NCBI RefSeq assembly: GCF_001945605.1
Contig: NZ_MPKA01000058.1
Location: 1 to 32,000 of the forward strand
Direction of reading: 5' to 3'
Length of the DNA: 32,000 bases
DNA from: Dubosiella newyorkensis
GTDB lineage: Bacteria; Bacillota_I; Bacilli_A; Erysipelotrichales; Erysipelotrichaceae
The position numbers were made by a program, and so were the translations under genes. Each line of letters starts with the position of its first letter. The first letter of the stretch is position 1. Below, in pieces: positions 1 to 10,200 of the stretch. The notes beneath the pieces were generated by a model, which saw nothing but the letters and a program-made list of their open reading frames with translations, was not told where the DNA came from and ran no database searches.

Positions 1-251
1 GGATACGAACATCCTCCTGTCAAATATTCCTCAATCGCTTGTATTTTGAATTCTTTTGAATAGGATTGATTTCTTGGTTTCTCCAGAAAAGCTTCAGCAT
101 CCGACTTTTGAAATTGTTTTACCCATTTCATTACAGTGTTTGGATTAAGATTTAAATCTTTTCCAATCGTGACGGATCCTTCTCCTTTATTTAAATAGCG
201 CTCAACAACAGATAATTTAAAATCTATAGTGTATTTTGATTTTCTTCCCAT
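1..251 (-). CDS. IS3-family (IS150-like) transposase OrfA, HTH domain, N-terminal fragment (runs off the window)
   Basis: My hand translation of the reverse strand from the ATG at 251-249 gives MGRKSKYTIDFKLSVVERYLNKGEGSVTIGKDLNLNPNTVMKWVKQFQKSDAEAFLEKPRNQSYSKEFKIQAIEEYLTGGCSY. This is the typical IS3 OrfA pattern. It is absent from the ORF track because it is truncated. Confidence 0.7.
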   Translation of the reverse strand, partial: MGRKSKYTIDFKLSVVERYLNKGEGSVTIGKDLNLNPNTVMKWVKQFQKSDAEAFLEKPRNQSYSKEFKIQAIEEYLTGGCSY

Positions 252-320
252 ATAAAAAGCCCCCTAATAGGACCTCCAAATTTAGTTGTTTGGCGTGTCT
301 ACTATTAGGGGAGCTTATCA
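1..320 (-). mobile_element. Terminal ~320 bp of an IS3-family insertion sequence; the element continues past the window start
   Basis: Contains the 5' part of an OrfA-type transposase gene. On the minus strand, the region upstream of its ATG reads TGATAAGCTCCCCTAATAGTAGACAC..., starting at 320. This resembles the TG-initiated terminal inverted repeats of Firmicute IS3 elements. A 10-bp inverted repeat (cccctaatag / ctattagggg) lies inside it. Only one GATC in 320 bp, unlike the flanking DNA. Confidence 0.55.
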
Positions 321-334
321 ATGTTTCCTGTCTT

Positions 335-961
335 TTATTTTGATTCAGTGATCTTGATCGATTCGATCACAGGCTGTTCCTTTTCAGGGATCGTGCCGTT
401 GTTGTCGGTTGGCTTCGCATCCGAGGCGATCTTGTCGACCACATCCATCCCCTCGATCACATGCCCGAAGGCCGCATAGTCTCCATCTAAAAATGGATCA
501 TCCGCGTCGCAAATAAAGAATTGCGAGCTCGCGCTATCGGGATCGTTGGAGCGAGCCATCGAAATCGTGCCTCGCGTGTGCGAAAGTTCGTTTTCGACAC
601 CATTGCTTTTGAACTCGCCTTTGATTGTTTGATCCGATCCGCCAGTCCCATTTCCGTTTGGATCGCCGCCCTGGATCATGAACCCTTGCATGATCCGATG
701 GAATGTCAAGCCATCATAGAAACCCTCATTGGCTAGTTGAATAAAATTGTCGCAAGTGATCGGCGCTTGAGAAGGATCTAGCTGGACTTTGATCGTTCCA
801 TAGTCTTTGACTTTAATATCCGCCACATAGCTTTGGTTTGGATCGATCTTCAATGCCGCTTTTTCTTCCGACGACGCTTTTGAAGCGCAGCCAACAAGAA
901 AGAAGGCTACAAGCATACAAGCGACTAACGAGAATTTATAAAGAATGTTTTTCTGTTTCAT
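335..961 (-). CDS. Cyclophilin-type peptidyl-prolyl cis-trans isomerase, lipoprotein
   Basis: 208 aa. Signal peptide with lipobox FLVGC. Cyclophilin motifs FHRIMQGFMIQGGD and SMARSNDPDSASSQFFI. Confidence 0.9.
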   Translation of the reverse strand: MKQKNILYKFSLVACMLVAFFLVGCASKASSEEKAALKIDPNQSYVADIKVKDYGTIKVQLDPSQAPITCDNFIQLANEGFYDGLTFHRIMQGFMIQGGDPNGNGTGGSDQTIKGEFKSNGVENELSHTRGTISMARSNDPDSASSQFFICDADDPFLDGDYAAFGHVIEGMDVVDKIASDAKPTDNNGTIPEKEQPVIESIKITESK

Positions 962-1060
962 AATAATCTCCTTGTGTACATTTTATCGAAGCATTTTGAA
1001 TAATCAACCCTTTTAATTCCACACAATTCATTGGATAATAGAAGCAATAGGAGGAATTAA

Positions 1061-2494
<1,434 letters not shown>

Positions 2495-2953
2495 GTGAGT
2501 ATTGAATCAAGATTAAAAGAACTTGGGATCGAGCTTCCCGAAATGGCTGCGCCCAAAGGAAGCTATATTCCAGTTCAAAAAGCAGGTCATTTATTATTTT
2601 TAAGCGGACAGCTTCCAACAAAAAACAACGCCTTGATCTATACAGGCCACGTAGGAAGCGAAGTCAGTCTAGAAGAGGCGAGTCAAGCCGCCAAACTTTG
2701 CATGATCAACTCGTTAGCGGCACTCAAAGCGAGTCTAGGCGATCTGGAACGAGTCAAAAAGATCGTCAAGCTTCAAAGCTTTGTCAACAGCGCACCAGAC
2801 TTTACCCAACAACATGTCGTTACTAATGGAGCCAGCGACTTCTTGCAAGAAGTTTTTGGCGACAAGGGAAGACACGCAAGAACAGCTGTCGCGGTTCCCG
2901 AGCTTCCATTAGGTTCTCCAATCGAGATCGAAATGATCGTTGAGATCGATTGA
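2495..2953 (+). CDS. RidA/YjgF/L-PSP family protein
   Basis: 152 aa with a GTG start directly after the bgl stop codon. C-terminal motif ARTAVAVPELPLGSPIEIEMIVEI is typical of the RidA family. Confidence 0.85.
   Translation: MSIESRLKELGIELPEMAAPKGSYIPVQKAGHLLFLSGQLPTKNNALIYTGHVGSEVSLEEASQAAKLCMINSLAALKASLGDLERVKKIVKLQSFVNSAPDFTQQHVVTNGASDFLQEVFGDKGRHARTAVAVPELPLGSPIEIEMIVEID
2826..2953 (+). repeat. Direct repeat copy 1 (intact ridA 3' end); copy 2 is at 4270-4398
   Basis: By-eye alignment of about 128 nt shows roughly 90% identity, for example ggcgacaagggaagaca and ccaatcgagatcgaaatgatcgttgagatcga. Confidence 0.85.
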
Positions 2954-3014
2954 TGCACTCTTTTGATCGTCACTTGAGTGATAAAGAATGCATTTTTAAT
3001 GATCACGCTATATG

Positions 3015-3051
3015 GCGGCAGAGTATAAAAAACTCTGTCGCTTTTCTTTTT
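3015..3051 (+). terminator. Rho-independent terminator after ridA
   Basis: Stem gcggcagag / ctctgtcgc with one mismatch, followed by ttttcttttt. Confidence 0.6.
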
Positions 3052-3194
3052 GATCCGTTGTGATGATGTTCCAATTACTCAATTGTAATCTCTCTTTATT
3101 GTGCAAGAATAGAGAGGAAAGAATAAAAGAATAAATCTATAATAAAAGTGTATTCATTGAAATACAGTATAGTCTATGTGATTAAGGAGGTCTT

Positions 3195-4046
3195 ATGGAA
3201 TGGATTGAACGATTAAATCAAAGCATGAATTATATTGAGGAACATTTGACAGATGAAATTGACTATGATCAGCTTGCTCGAATAGCTTGCTGTTCTACGT
3301 ACCATTATCAAAGAATGTTTACCTATATGGCGGGAATCACTTTGGCAGAGTATATCCGAAGAAGAAAAATGTCTTTAGCAGCGGTGGATTTGCAGGGTGG
3401 AGAGGCAAAGATTATTGATGTTGCACAAAAATACGGTTACCGTTCTCCGACTGCATTTAACAGAGCGTTCCAGTCTTTTCATGGGATCGCCCCCTCGTCC
3501 GTGAAAGACGAGGGAATTTCCGTGAAATCATTTTCTCCCATTGTGTTTAGAATGAGTATAAAAGGAGCGACAGAAATGGATTATAGAATTGAAACAAAAG
3601 AATCTTTCCGCATTATTGGTGTATCTGCACCACTTGAAAAGGAAATCGAAAACAACTTTATGGTAGTCCCAAAGATGTGGGAGGATGCCGCTAAAAATCA
3701 AACAATACAGAAATTGGCAACAATGATGGACTCGTCGCCTAAAGGACTTTTAGGCGTGAGTGTCTGCAACGATGTGGAACAATGGAAATATTTTATTGCG
3801 GTTTCCAGTACAAAAGCGAGCGATGAGTTTGAAGAATACATCGTACCTGCATCAACTTGGGCGATATTTTCTGGAACAGGTACAAATCAATCTATCCAGG
3901 AATTGGAGCAGCGGATCATAACCGAGTGGTTACCTACATCTGGATATGAATATGCCAACGCGCCCGATATTGAGGTTTATTTAAATCCAGACCCGCAAAA
4001 CGCTAAGTATGAAGTATGGATCCCAGTGTCAAAAAAGAATTACTAA
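3195..4046 (+). CDS. AraC-family transcriptional regulator with C-terminal GyrI-like effector-binding domain
   Basis: 283 aa. N-terminal AraC HTH (IACCSTYHYQRMF, YGYRSPTAFNRAFQSFHGIAP). C-terminal GyrI-like region (FRIIGV..., WKYFIAV, PDIEVY). RBS aaggagg. Uses ATT Ile codons and is GATC-poor, unlike its neighbours. Confidence 0.85.
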   Translation: MEWIERLNQSMNYIEEHLTDEIDYDQLARIACCSTYHYQRMFTYMAGITLAEYIRRRKMSLAAVDLQGGEAKIIDVAQKYGYRSPTAFNRAFQSFHGIAPSSVKDEGISVKSFSPIVFRMSIKGATEMDYRIETKESFRIIGVSAPLEKEIENNFMVVPKMWEDAAKNQTIQKLATMMDSSPKGLLGVSVCNDVEQWKYFIAVSSTKASDEFEEYIVPASTWAIFSGTGTNQSIQELEQRIITEWLPTSGYEYANAPDIEVYLNPDPQNAKYEVWIPVSKKNY

Positions 4047-4200
4047 GTGCCTCATGGATTTAAATCCTGAGAAGCACAAAGGCGACCCAATAAAGAAGAT
4101 AGAGCGAATACAGTTCAATTTTTTAGGAAATGACAAAATGAATAAGAATCTTAAAAACAAAGATTTTTAGACCACAAATCAGCTATATCCATGATCGCGT

Positions 4201-4398
4201 CTCAAAGATAGTGGACCACTCCATCAGCTTACAAGGGTCTACTAGTATCGACGATAGCATGTCGTGTCCAATAGAGCCAGTGACTTTTTACAAGAAGTCT
4301 TTGGCGACAAGGGAAGACATGCGAGAACAGCTCTCGCGGTTCCCGAGCTTCCATTAGGATCTCCAATCGAGATCGAAATGATCGTTGAGATCGACTAA
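4201..4398 (+). pseudogene. Decayed remnant of a ridA 3' end, duplicate of 2826-2953
   Basis: Frame ending at TAA 4396-4398 translates to VVSNRASDFLQEVFGDKGRHARTALAVPELPLGSPIEIEMIVEID. The intact gene reads VVTNGASDFLQEVFGDKGRHARTAVAVPELPLGSPIEIEMIVEID. Upstream of 4261 the similarity degrades and in-frame stops appear (tag at 4243 and 4255). Confidence 0.8.
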
Positions 4399-4402
4399 TT
4401 TC

Positions 4403-4445
4403 AAAAAAAAGAGAAGTGGATTAAAAATAAAAGATCCTGCTTCTC
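4403..4445 (-). terminator. Terminator hairpin (bidirectional) downstream of the 444-aa gene
   Basis: Arms gagaag..ggat / atcc..cttctc. Flanked by A8 on the plus strand (U8 for minus-strand transcripts) and by tttt on the other side. Confidence 0.6.
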
Positions 4446-4454
4446 TTTTATTTG

Positions 4455-5789
4455 TTATAAAATGTAGAATTTATGATGATCGACCAAAAATTTCCAATTC
4501 AAAGTCTTCGTATCGTTTCCAAATAAAACAAGGACATGATCTCCATCGATCTTTTGAATCACACCTTCTCCAAACGATTCATGAACGATTTTCATATTAA
4601 TTTTAGGCTTTAAGGAGGCAGGAGAACGCTCTTCCATACCTTTTTCTTTTTGAAGAGATGAAAAAGAATACTTTTCCCAATATTCTTTTTCCACTTTTTT
4701 TAAAGCTAGATAATATTTCCCGTGGACAGATTTCAAGCGTGCAAGCATTGTTTTCATTTCATAATCGCTTACGCTAGCGACTGGCGAATTGAAGAGCAGC
4801 TTGCTTTCGTATAAACTAAATCGATCGTTCTCATACCAAGAATCAGGAAGAAAATAGTGGAATTCCTTATAAGAGAAAAAGTAGATGTAGGTTTCTTTCG
4901 AGTTGATATCTTCAAAAACAGTTCCTGGTTCATAAAGAAAGGAAATCTTTTCAGGAATTATATTTTCCTCATTTATTTCTTTGATCAACAAGCTTTTTGT
5001 GATTTTCTTTATCACTTTCTGAATGGAACCTATAATTTCATTGACTTCGTTTTTCTGCATGATCGAAAACAAAAAGATCTCATTCTCCTCATAAAACTTC
5101 GGGTCCGATGGATCGATCCAAAAATGGTGCTTGCGAAACGAAATCATGATGGATAGATCAGTCGTTCTTTTATGACACATCAAAAACACTTCATTCTTTC
5201 CACCTGATAATTTCTTGTAAAAGAAACACAACTGACCCGTTTTATTTTTCACAAGATCGCCCACTTCGAAACCAGGATTGGAATGAAAAGTAAAATACTG
5301 TTGATAAAAATGTTGATGCTTTTGACACAAGATACGCCGATCGATCGCGTGCTCCCATTGCTTAGGCAATTTTGAATCAAAGTAGAGAACATGATCTTCC
5401 GGAATATATACGGACGGGAAAAACAAAATATAAGAATCTTTAACGACTCCGTTTGAACCATACAAGTTTTTACAAAACATTTTTTTATCAAAAGGATACT
5501 TTTTATGACTTGTACTCATCGGGTATCCCCAAAATCCATCTTCTCCCACCTTTACAACAAGATAAGGGCGTTTTTCATGTCCAGAAGGAATCCATCGAAG
5601 ATCCTCCTCTTCAACAGGCATTGTACAGAACCATATCTCACGAGGTTCATACTGTCTCGAGGGTCGTTTCTTTGTAGCGTTCGATTGCTCAGTGTTAGAA
5701 GAGAAGAGAGCGAAAAATTGAAAAAGCTTAGTTTGAAGCCAACGAATTATATTCATATTTTTATTATATAGAAATGTAAAAAAAGCCAC
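4455..5789 (-). CDS. Hypothetical multidomain protein: N-terminal MazF/PemK-like domain, unknown middle region, C-terminal PcrA/UvrD-type Tudor-like motif
   Basis: REIWFCTMP...SGHEKRPYLVVKV...YPMSTSHKKYPFDK parallels E. coli MazF GDLIWVDF...GHRPAVVLS...VPCTTQSKGYPFEV. The C-terminus IVHESFGEGVIQKIDGDHVLVLFGNDTKTLNWKFL resembles the helicase C-terminal xHxxFGxGxV motif. The start is uncertain. The ATG at 5789 lies inside the gltD terminator, and the alternative ATG at 5756 has no RBS. AT-rich relative to neighbours. Confidence 0.55.
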   Translation of the reverse strand: MAFFTFLYNKNMNIIRWLQTKLFQFFALFSSNTEQSNATKKRPSRQYEPREIWFCTMPVEEEDLRWIPSGHEKRPYLVVKVGEDGFWGYPMSTSHKKYPFDKKMFCKNLYGSNGVVKDSYILFFPSVYIPEDHVLYFDSKLPKQWEHAIDRRILCQKHQHFYQQYFTFHSNPGFEVGDLVKNKTGQLCFFYKKLSGGKNEVFLMCHKRTTDLSIMISFRKHHFWIDPSDPKFYEENEIFLFSIMQKNEVNEIIGSIQKVIKKITKSLLIKEINEENIIPEKISFLYEPGTVFEDINSKETYIYFFSYKEFHYFLPDSWYENDRFSLYESKLLFNSPVASVSDYEMKTMLARLKSVHGKYYLALKKVEKEYWEKYSFSSLQKEKGMEERSPASLKPKINMKIVHESFGEGVIQKIDGDHVLVLFGNDTKTLNWKFLVDHHKFYIL

Positions 5790-5811
5790 AAATCCTTTTG
5801 GATCGATGGCT
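5778..5811 (-). terminator. Rho-independent terminator of the glnN-asnB-gltBD unit
   Basis: Minus-strand RNA AGCCAUCGAUCC-AAAA-GGAUUUGUGGCU pairs at 11 of 12 positions including G-U, followed by U7. It starts 8 nt after the gltD stop. Confidence 0.7.
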
Positions 5812-5818
5812 AAACTTA

Positions 5819-7285
5819 CTATTTATATCCTTCTAAATTGGAGTATCCCATCAAGTATTGATCGATCTCTTTTGCGCATTCGATCCCTTCGTGGATCGCC
5901 CAAACCACAAGAGATTGACCCCTTCTTGCATCTCCTGCCGCGAACAAAGGCAGCTCCTCATCCACTTGATAATGCAAAGGAAGCGTTTTGATCGTATTTC
6001 TTGGCGTCACTTCCAAATCAAAGCTTTCCTTTAAAGAATCTTCGATCCCGACAAAGCCTGCTGCGACTAAGAGCACATCACAAGGAAGGACTTGTTCGCT
6101 TCCTTCGATCTTTTCAGGACCATGAGGACCCATTTTGACATTGCAAATATGGACTTGGCAAATATGCCCATCCATCACATCGATCGATTCCACAGTTGTA
6201 TTGTAAAGTCTAGGATCGCTTCCTTGCACATACGCGACTTCTTCTTGTCCATAATCGGTCTTCAAGACATTAGGCCATTCAGGCCAAGGATTAGAATCTA
6301 GCCTCTCTTTAGGAGGTTCTGGCATCATTTCTAATTGGGTGATATTTGTCGCACCTAAACGAACAGCTGTTCCGCAACAGTCATTTCCCGTATCTCCACC
6401 ACCTACGATCACGATCGCTTTGTTTTGAAGATCACATAAAGGAAGCTGGAGCTGTAAGCTTTTTGTCACCTCACTCAAGAAATCGACCGCATAGTAAACG
6501 CCATCGACTTCATCGATCGCCTCGAGGATCGATCTTGGCTTTTTAGCGCCCGCGCATAAAGCGATCGCGTCAAATTCCTCGAGCAATTCAGAACAGCTGA
6601 CCGTTTTGCCAACCTCCGTATTGGTAAAGAATTCGATCCCTTCCTGCTTCATGAGCTGGATCCTTCGATTCACGATCATTTTTTCCAGCTTCATGTTGGG
6701 GATCCCGTACATGAGAAGACCTCCAGGCGTATCCTCTCGTTCATACACACGAACGATATGACCTCTTTGATTGAGCGTATGCGCAAGAGCAAGACCGCTC
6801 GGACCAGAACCGATGATGGCGACCTTTTTTGAAGAGCGCACAGTCGGGATCTTCGGTTTCATCAACCCCTCATCAAAAGCGGATTCAATAATAAATTTCT
6901 CATTATCGTGAATGCACACAGGAAGCCCCTCCAAGCCATTCAAGCAGGCTTTCTCGCACAGAGCAGGGCATACGCGACCAGTAAATTCAGGAAATGGATT
7001 GGTCTTCAATAATCGATTTAGAGCATAGGCGATATTATCTTGATAGATTTCCTCGTTCCATTCTGGAACGAGGTTGTGCAATGGACATCCTGTCACTCGA
7101 CCTTTGAGCTCGATCGCGGATTGGCAAAACGGAACGCCGCAATTCATGCATCTAGCCGCTTGTTCTTTTCGAACGGCCTCATCTTGATCTATATACAACT
7201 CTTCAAAATCATAGATGCGCTCTGAAACCGAGCGTTTCCCATTTTCTTTTCGTTCAAATTCTAAAAATCCCGTTGGTTTTCCCAT
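5819..7285 (-). CDS. gltD: Glutamate synthase (NADPH) small subunit
   Basis: 488 aa. Fe-S motifs CMNCGVPFCQ and CPALCEKAC. Dinucleotide fold VAIIGSGPSGLA. Sits 11 nt after the large subunit, with an AGGAGG RBS. Confidence 0.95.
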   Translation of the reverse strand: MGKPTGFLEFERKENGKRSVSERIYDFEELYIDQDEAVRKEQAARCMNCGVPFCQSAIELKGRVTGCPLHNLVPEWNEEIYQDNIAYALNRLLKTNPFPEFTGRVCPALCEKACLNGLEGLPVCIHDNEKFIIESAFDEGLMKPKIPTVRSSKKVAIIGSGPSGLALAHTLNQRGHIVRVYEREDTPGGLLMYGIPNMKLEKMIVNRRIQLMKQEGIEFFTNTEVGKTVSCSELLEEFDAIALCAGAKKPRSILEAIDEVDGVYYAVDFLSEVTKSLQLQLPLCDLQNKAIVIVGGGDTGNDCCGTAVRLGATNITQLEMMPEPPKERLDSNPWPEWPNVLKTDYGQEEVAYVQGSDPRLYNTTVESIDVMDGHICQVHICNVKMGPHGPEKIEGSEQVLPCDVLLVAAGFVGIEDSLKESFDLEVTPRNTIKTLPLHYQVDEELPLFAAGDARRGQSLVVWAIHEGIECAKEIDQYLMGYSNLEGYK

Positions 7286-7296
7286 TCTATGACCTC

Positions 7297-10200
7297 CTAT
7301 GCATGGATCGAGCGGAATGCCTTGAGTTCCGCCTCATCTTGATCGAAACCTTGATCGATCAGCGATTTGATCTCGTTTTTGATCTTTTTATAATCTCTTG
7401 GAATGATCTTTTTAAAATGCGGCAGCGCTTCATCAAAATGTGATAAAAGCTCTTTCGCTTTTTTTGAATGTGTCGCTTCGTAATGCTCCTTCAATAAGCT
7501 GTAGATCGCTTCTACATCTTGTTTATGTGAGACGTTTTCCATGTCGACCAGCTCATCGTTGAGGCGTTCATATAAATCGTGTTCAACATCATAAATGTAG
7601 GCGATTCCTCCCGACATACCGGCAGCCACATTTTTTCCAGTGCGGCCTAAGATCAAAACGGTTCCTCCAGTCATATATTCTAACGCGTGATCTCCACATC
7701 CTTCTACGACGGCTGTCGCACCAGAATTTCTTACACAGAATCTTTCGCCCGCTTTTCCTTGAATCAACGCTTTTCCTTCTGTTGCTCCATAAAGAGCCAC
7801 ATTGCCGATGATCACGTTTTGATCGGCCTCAAAAGGAGAAGATGGATCGACAGAAACGATGAGCTTTCCACCCGACAATCCTTTTCCAAAGTAGTCGTTG
7901 GCATCCCCGACAAGATCAAAAGTAACACCTTTAGGAAGGAAAGCGCCAAAGCTTTGGCCGCCCACACCTTCTAAATGCAACGTGAACGTGTCTTCCTCTA
8001 ACGTGTTTTGATATTTACGAGTGACCATGGAGCCAAATTCCGTACCAAAGGCGCGATCCAAAGAACTGATCTTCAAACGCTCCTGGTGAGGGATTGGATT
8101 GGAGAGCATGAATGGTTTGAAAGCTGGATAAACATCCACCATATCGAGCCGTTCATCCAATTTAAAATCAAAGAATGTTTTTTCGCCCGAAGACAAGTAG
8201 ACAGGCTTCTTGATCATTTCTTTTAACCGAGCGATATGCAAATTTTCCTCATCCTCTTCGCGGATCTGCAAGCATTCACTATGACCAACCATCTCATCGA
8301 GTGTCCTAAAGCCAAGCGAAGCCATGATCTCCCGAAGCTCTTGAGCGATAAATTCCATAAAGTGTACGATATATTCAGGCTTTCCTTTGAACCGTTTGCG
8401 CAATTCCTTATTTTGGGTCGCGATCCCGAATGGGCAAGTATCCAAATTACATACCCGCATCATCCGACATCCCATCGTAACAAGAGGAGCTGTTGCGAAA
8501 CCAAATTCTTCCGCTCCAAGAAGAGCGGCGATCGCCACGTCGCGACCTGTCATGAGCTTTCCATCTGTCTCCACGTACACACGATCACGCAAATTGTTTT
8601 CTACAAGCGCATGATGCGTTTCGATCACGCCAAGTTCCCAAGGAAGACCTGCATGATGGATCGAGCTTTGCGGAGCGGCCCCCGTTCCTCCATCGTGCCC
8701 CGAAATCAAGATGACTTGAGTGCCCGCTTTCGCCACGCCGCAAGCGATCGTTCCAACCCCCGATTCGGACACGAGCTTGACAGAAATACGCGCTTGATCG
8801 TTCGCGCATTTTAAATCATAGATCAGCTGCGCGAGATCTTCGATCGAATAAATATCGTGATGAGGAGGAGGAGAAATCAGTGTGACGCCAGGCGTCGAGC
8901 AGCGCGTTTTTGCGATCCAAGGATACACTTTATTTCCTGGTAGATGTCCTCCTTCGCCAGGTTTTGCGCCTTGCGCCATCTTGATTTGAATTTCTTTGGC
9001 AGAAACAAGGTATTCGCTCGTCACCCCAAAACGACCTGAAGCGACTTGTTTGATCGCGCTGTTTTTATTCGTGTATAGACGTTCCTTTTCTTCGCCGCCT
9101 TCTCCAGAATTCGATTTTCCGCCAATCGAATTCATCGCGATCGCCATGCATTCATGCGCTTCTTGAGAGATCGAGCCATACGACATCGCACCCGTCTTAA
9201 AACGTTTTACGATCGATTCGACACTTTCGACTTCTTCGATGTCGATCGCTTCTCTTTCATAAACAAAATCCATACAAGAACGAAGCGTATGCGGATGATG
9301 TTCTGCGTTGAGACGAGAAGAGTATTCCTTGAAAAGCGAATAGTCGTTTTCCCAACAAGATCTTTGAAGCAGAACGATCGATTTAGGATCGTAAAGATGA
9401 TCTTCTTTATCTGGTCCGCTTCTTAGCTTATGGAAGCCGATCGAATCGAGCGAGGCGTCCGTGCCTAAACCAAGTGGATCGAAGGCATGGTCGTGATGAT
9501 AGATGATATCGCGTTCCATTTCCTCTAATCCAACGCCACCAATGCGGGAAACCGTATTCGTGAAATATGTATCGATCACTTCTTTACCAATACCGATCGC
9601 TTCAAAGATCTGTGCCCCCTGATATGATTGAAGCGTAGAAATTCCCATTTTGGCTGCGATCTTTACGATTCCCATCAAGATCGCTTCATTGTAGTCTGCG
9701 ATCGCTTTCGATGGTTCTTTATCGAGTATATCTAGATCAATCATTTCCTCGATACATTCATGAGCTAAATATGGGTGGATGGCACTCGCTCCATAGCCTA
9801 ACAAGCAAGCGAAATCATGAACGCGCTTTGGTTCGCCGCTTTCGACGATCATCGAGATCGCTGTTTTCTTTTTCGTCTTGATCAAATGTTGTTCAAGAGC
9901 GGAAACCGCTAAAAGGGAAGGGATCGCCATGCGGCTTTCATCAACGCCGCGATCCGATAAGATCAAGATATTGGCGCCTTGCCGATATGCTCGATCCGCT
10001 TCTACGAATAAGTGCTCGATCGCATCCTTTAAAGGCATCCCACGATAGAAGAGAGTCGATAAGACATATGGTTTGAAGCCTTCCTTATCGAGATTTTTGA
10101 TCTTATCCATATCTTGACTATCTAAGATCGGATGCTCGATTTCAAGAACGCGACAGTTTTCTTTAACATCCTCTAACAAGTTTCCGTCGGAACCAATATA

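Noticed and set aside
4385-4600. 71-aa plus-strand ORF spanning the ridA remnant end and the tail of the 444-aa gene
   Set aside because: It crosses a terminator hairpin, lies antisense to a longer ORF, and has no RBS.
5806-5991. 61-aa plus-strand ORF overlapping the gltD 3' end
   Set aside because: It is antisense to gltD and begins within the gltD terminator, with no supporting signals.
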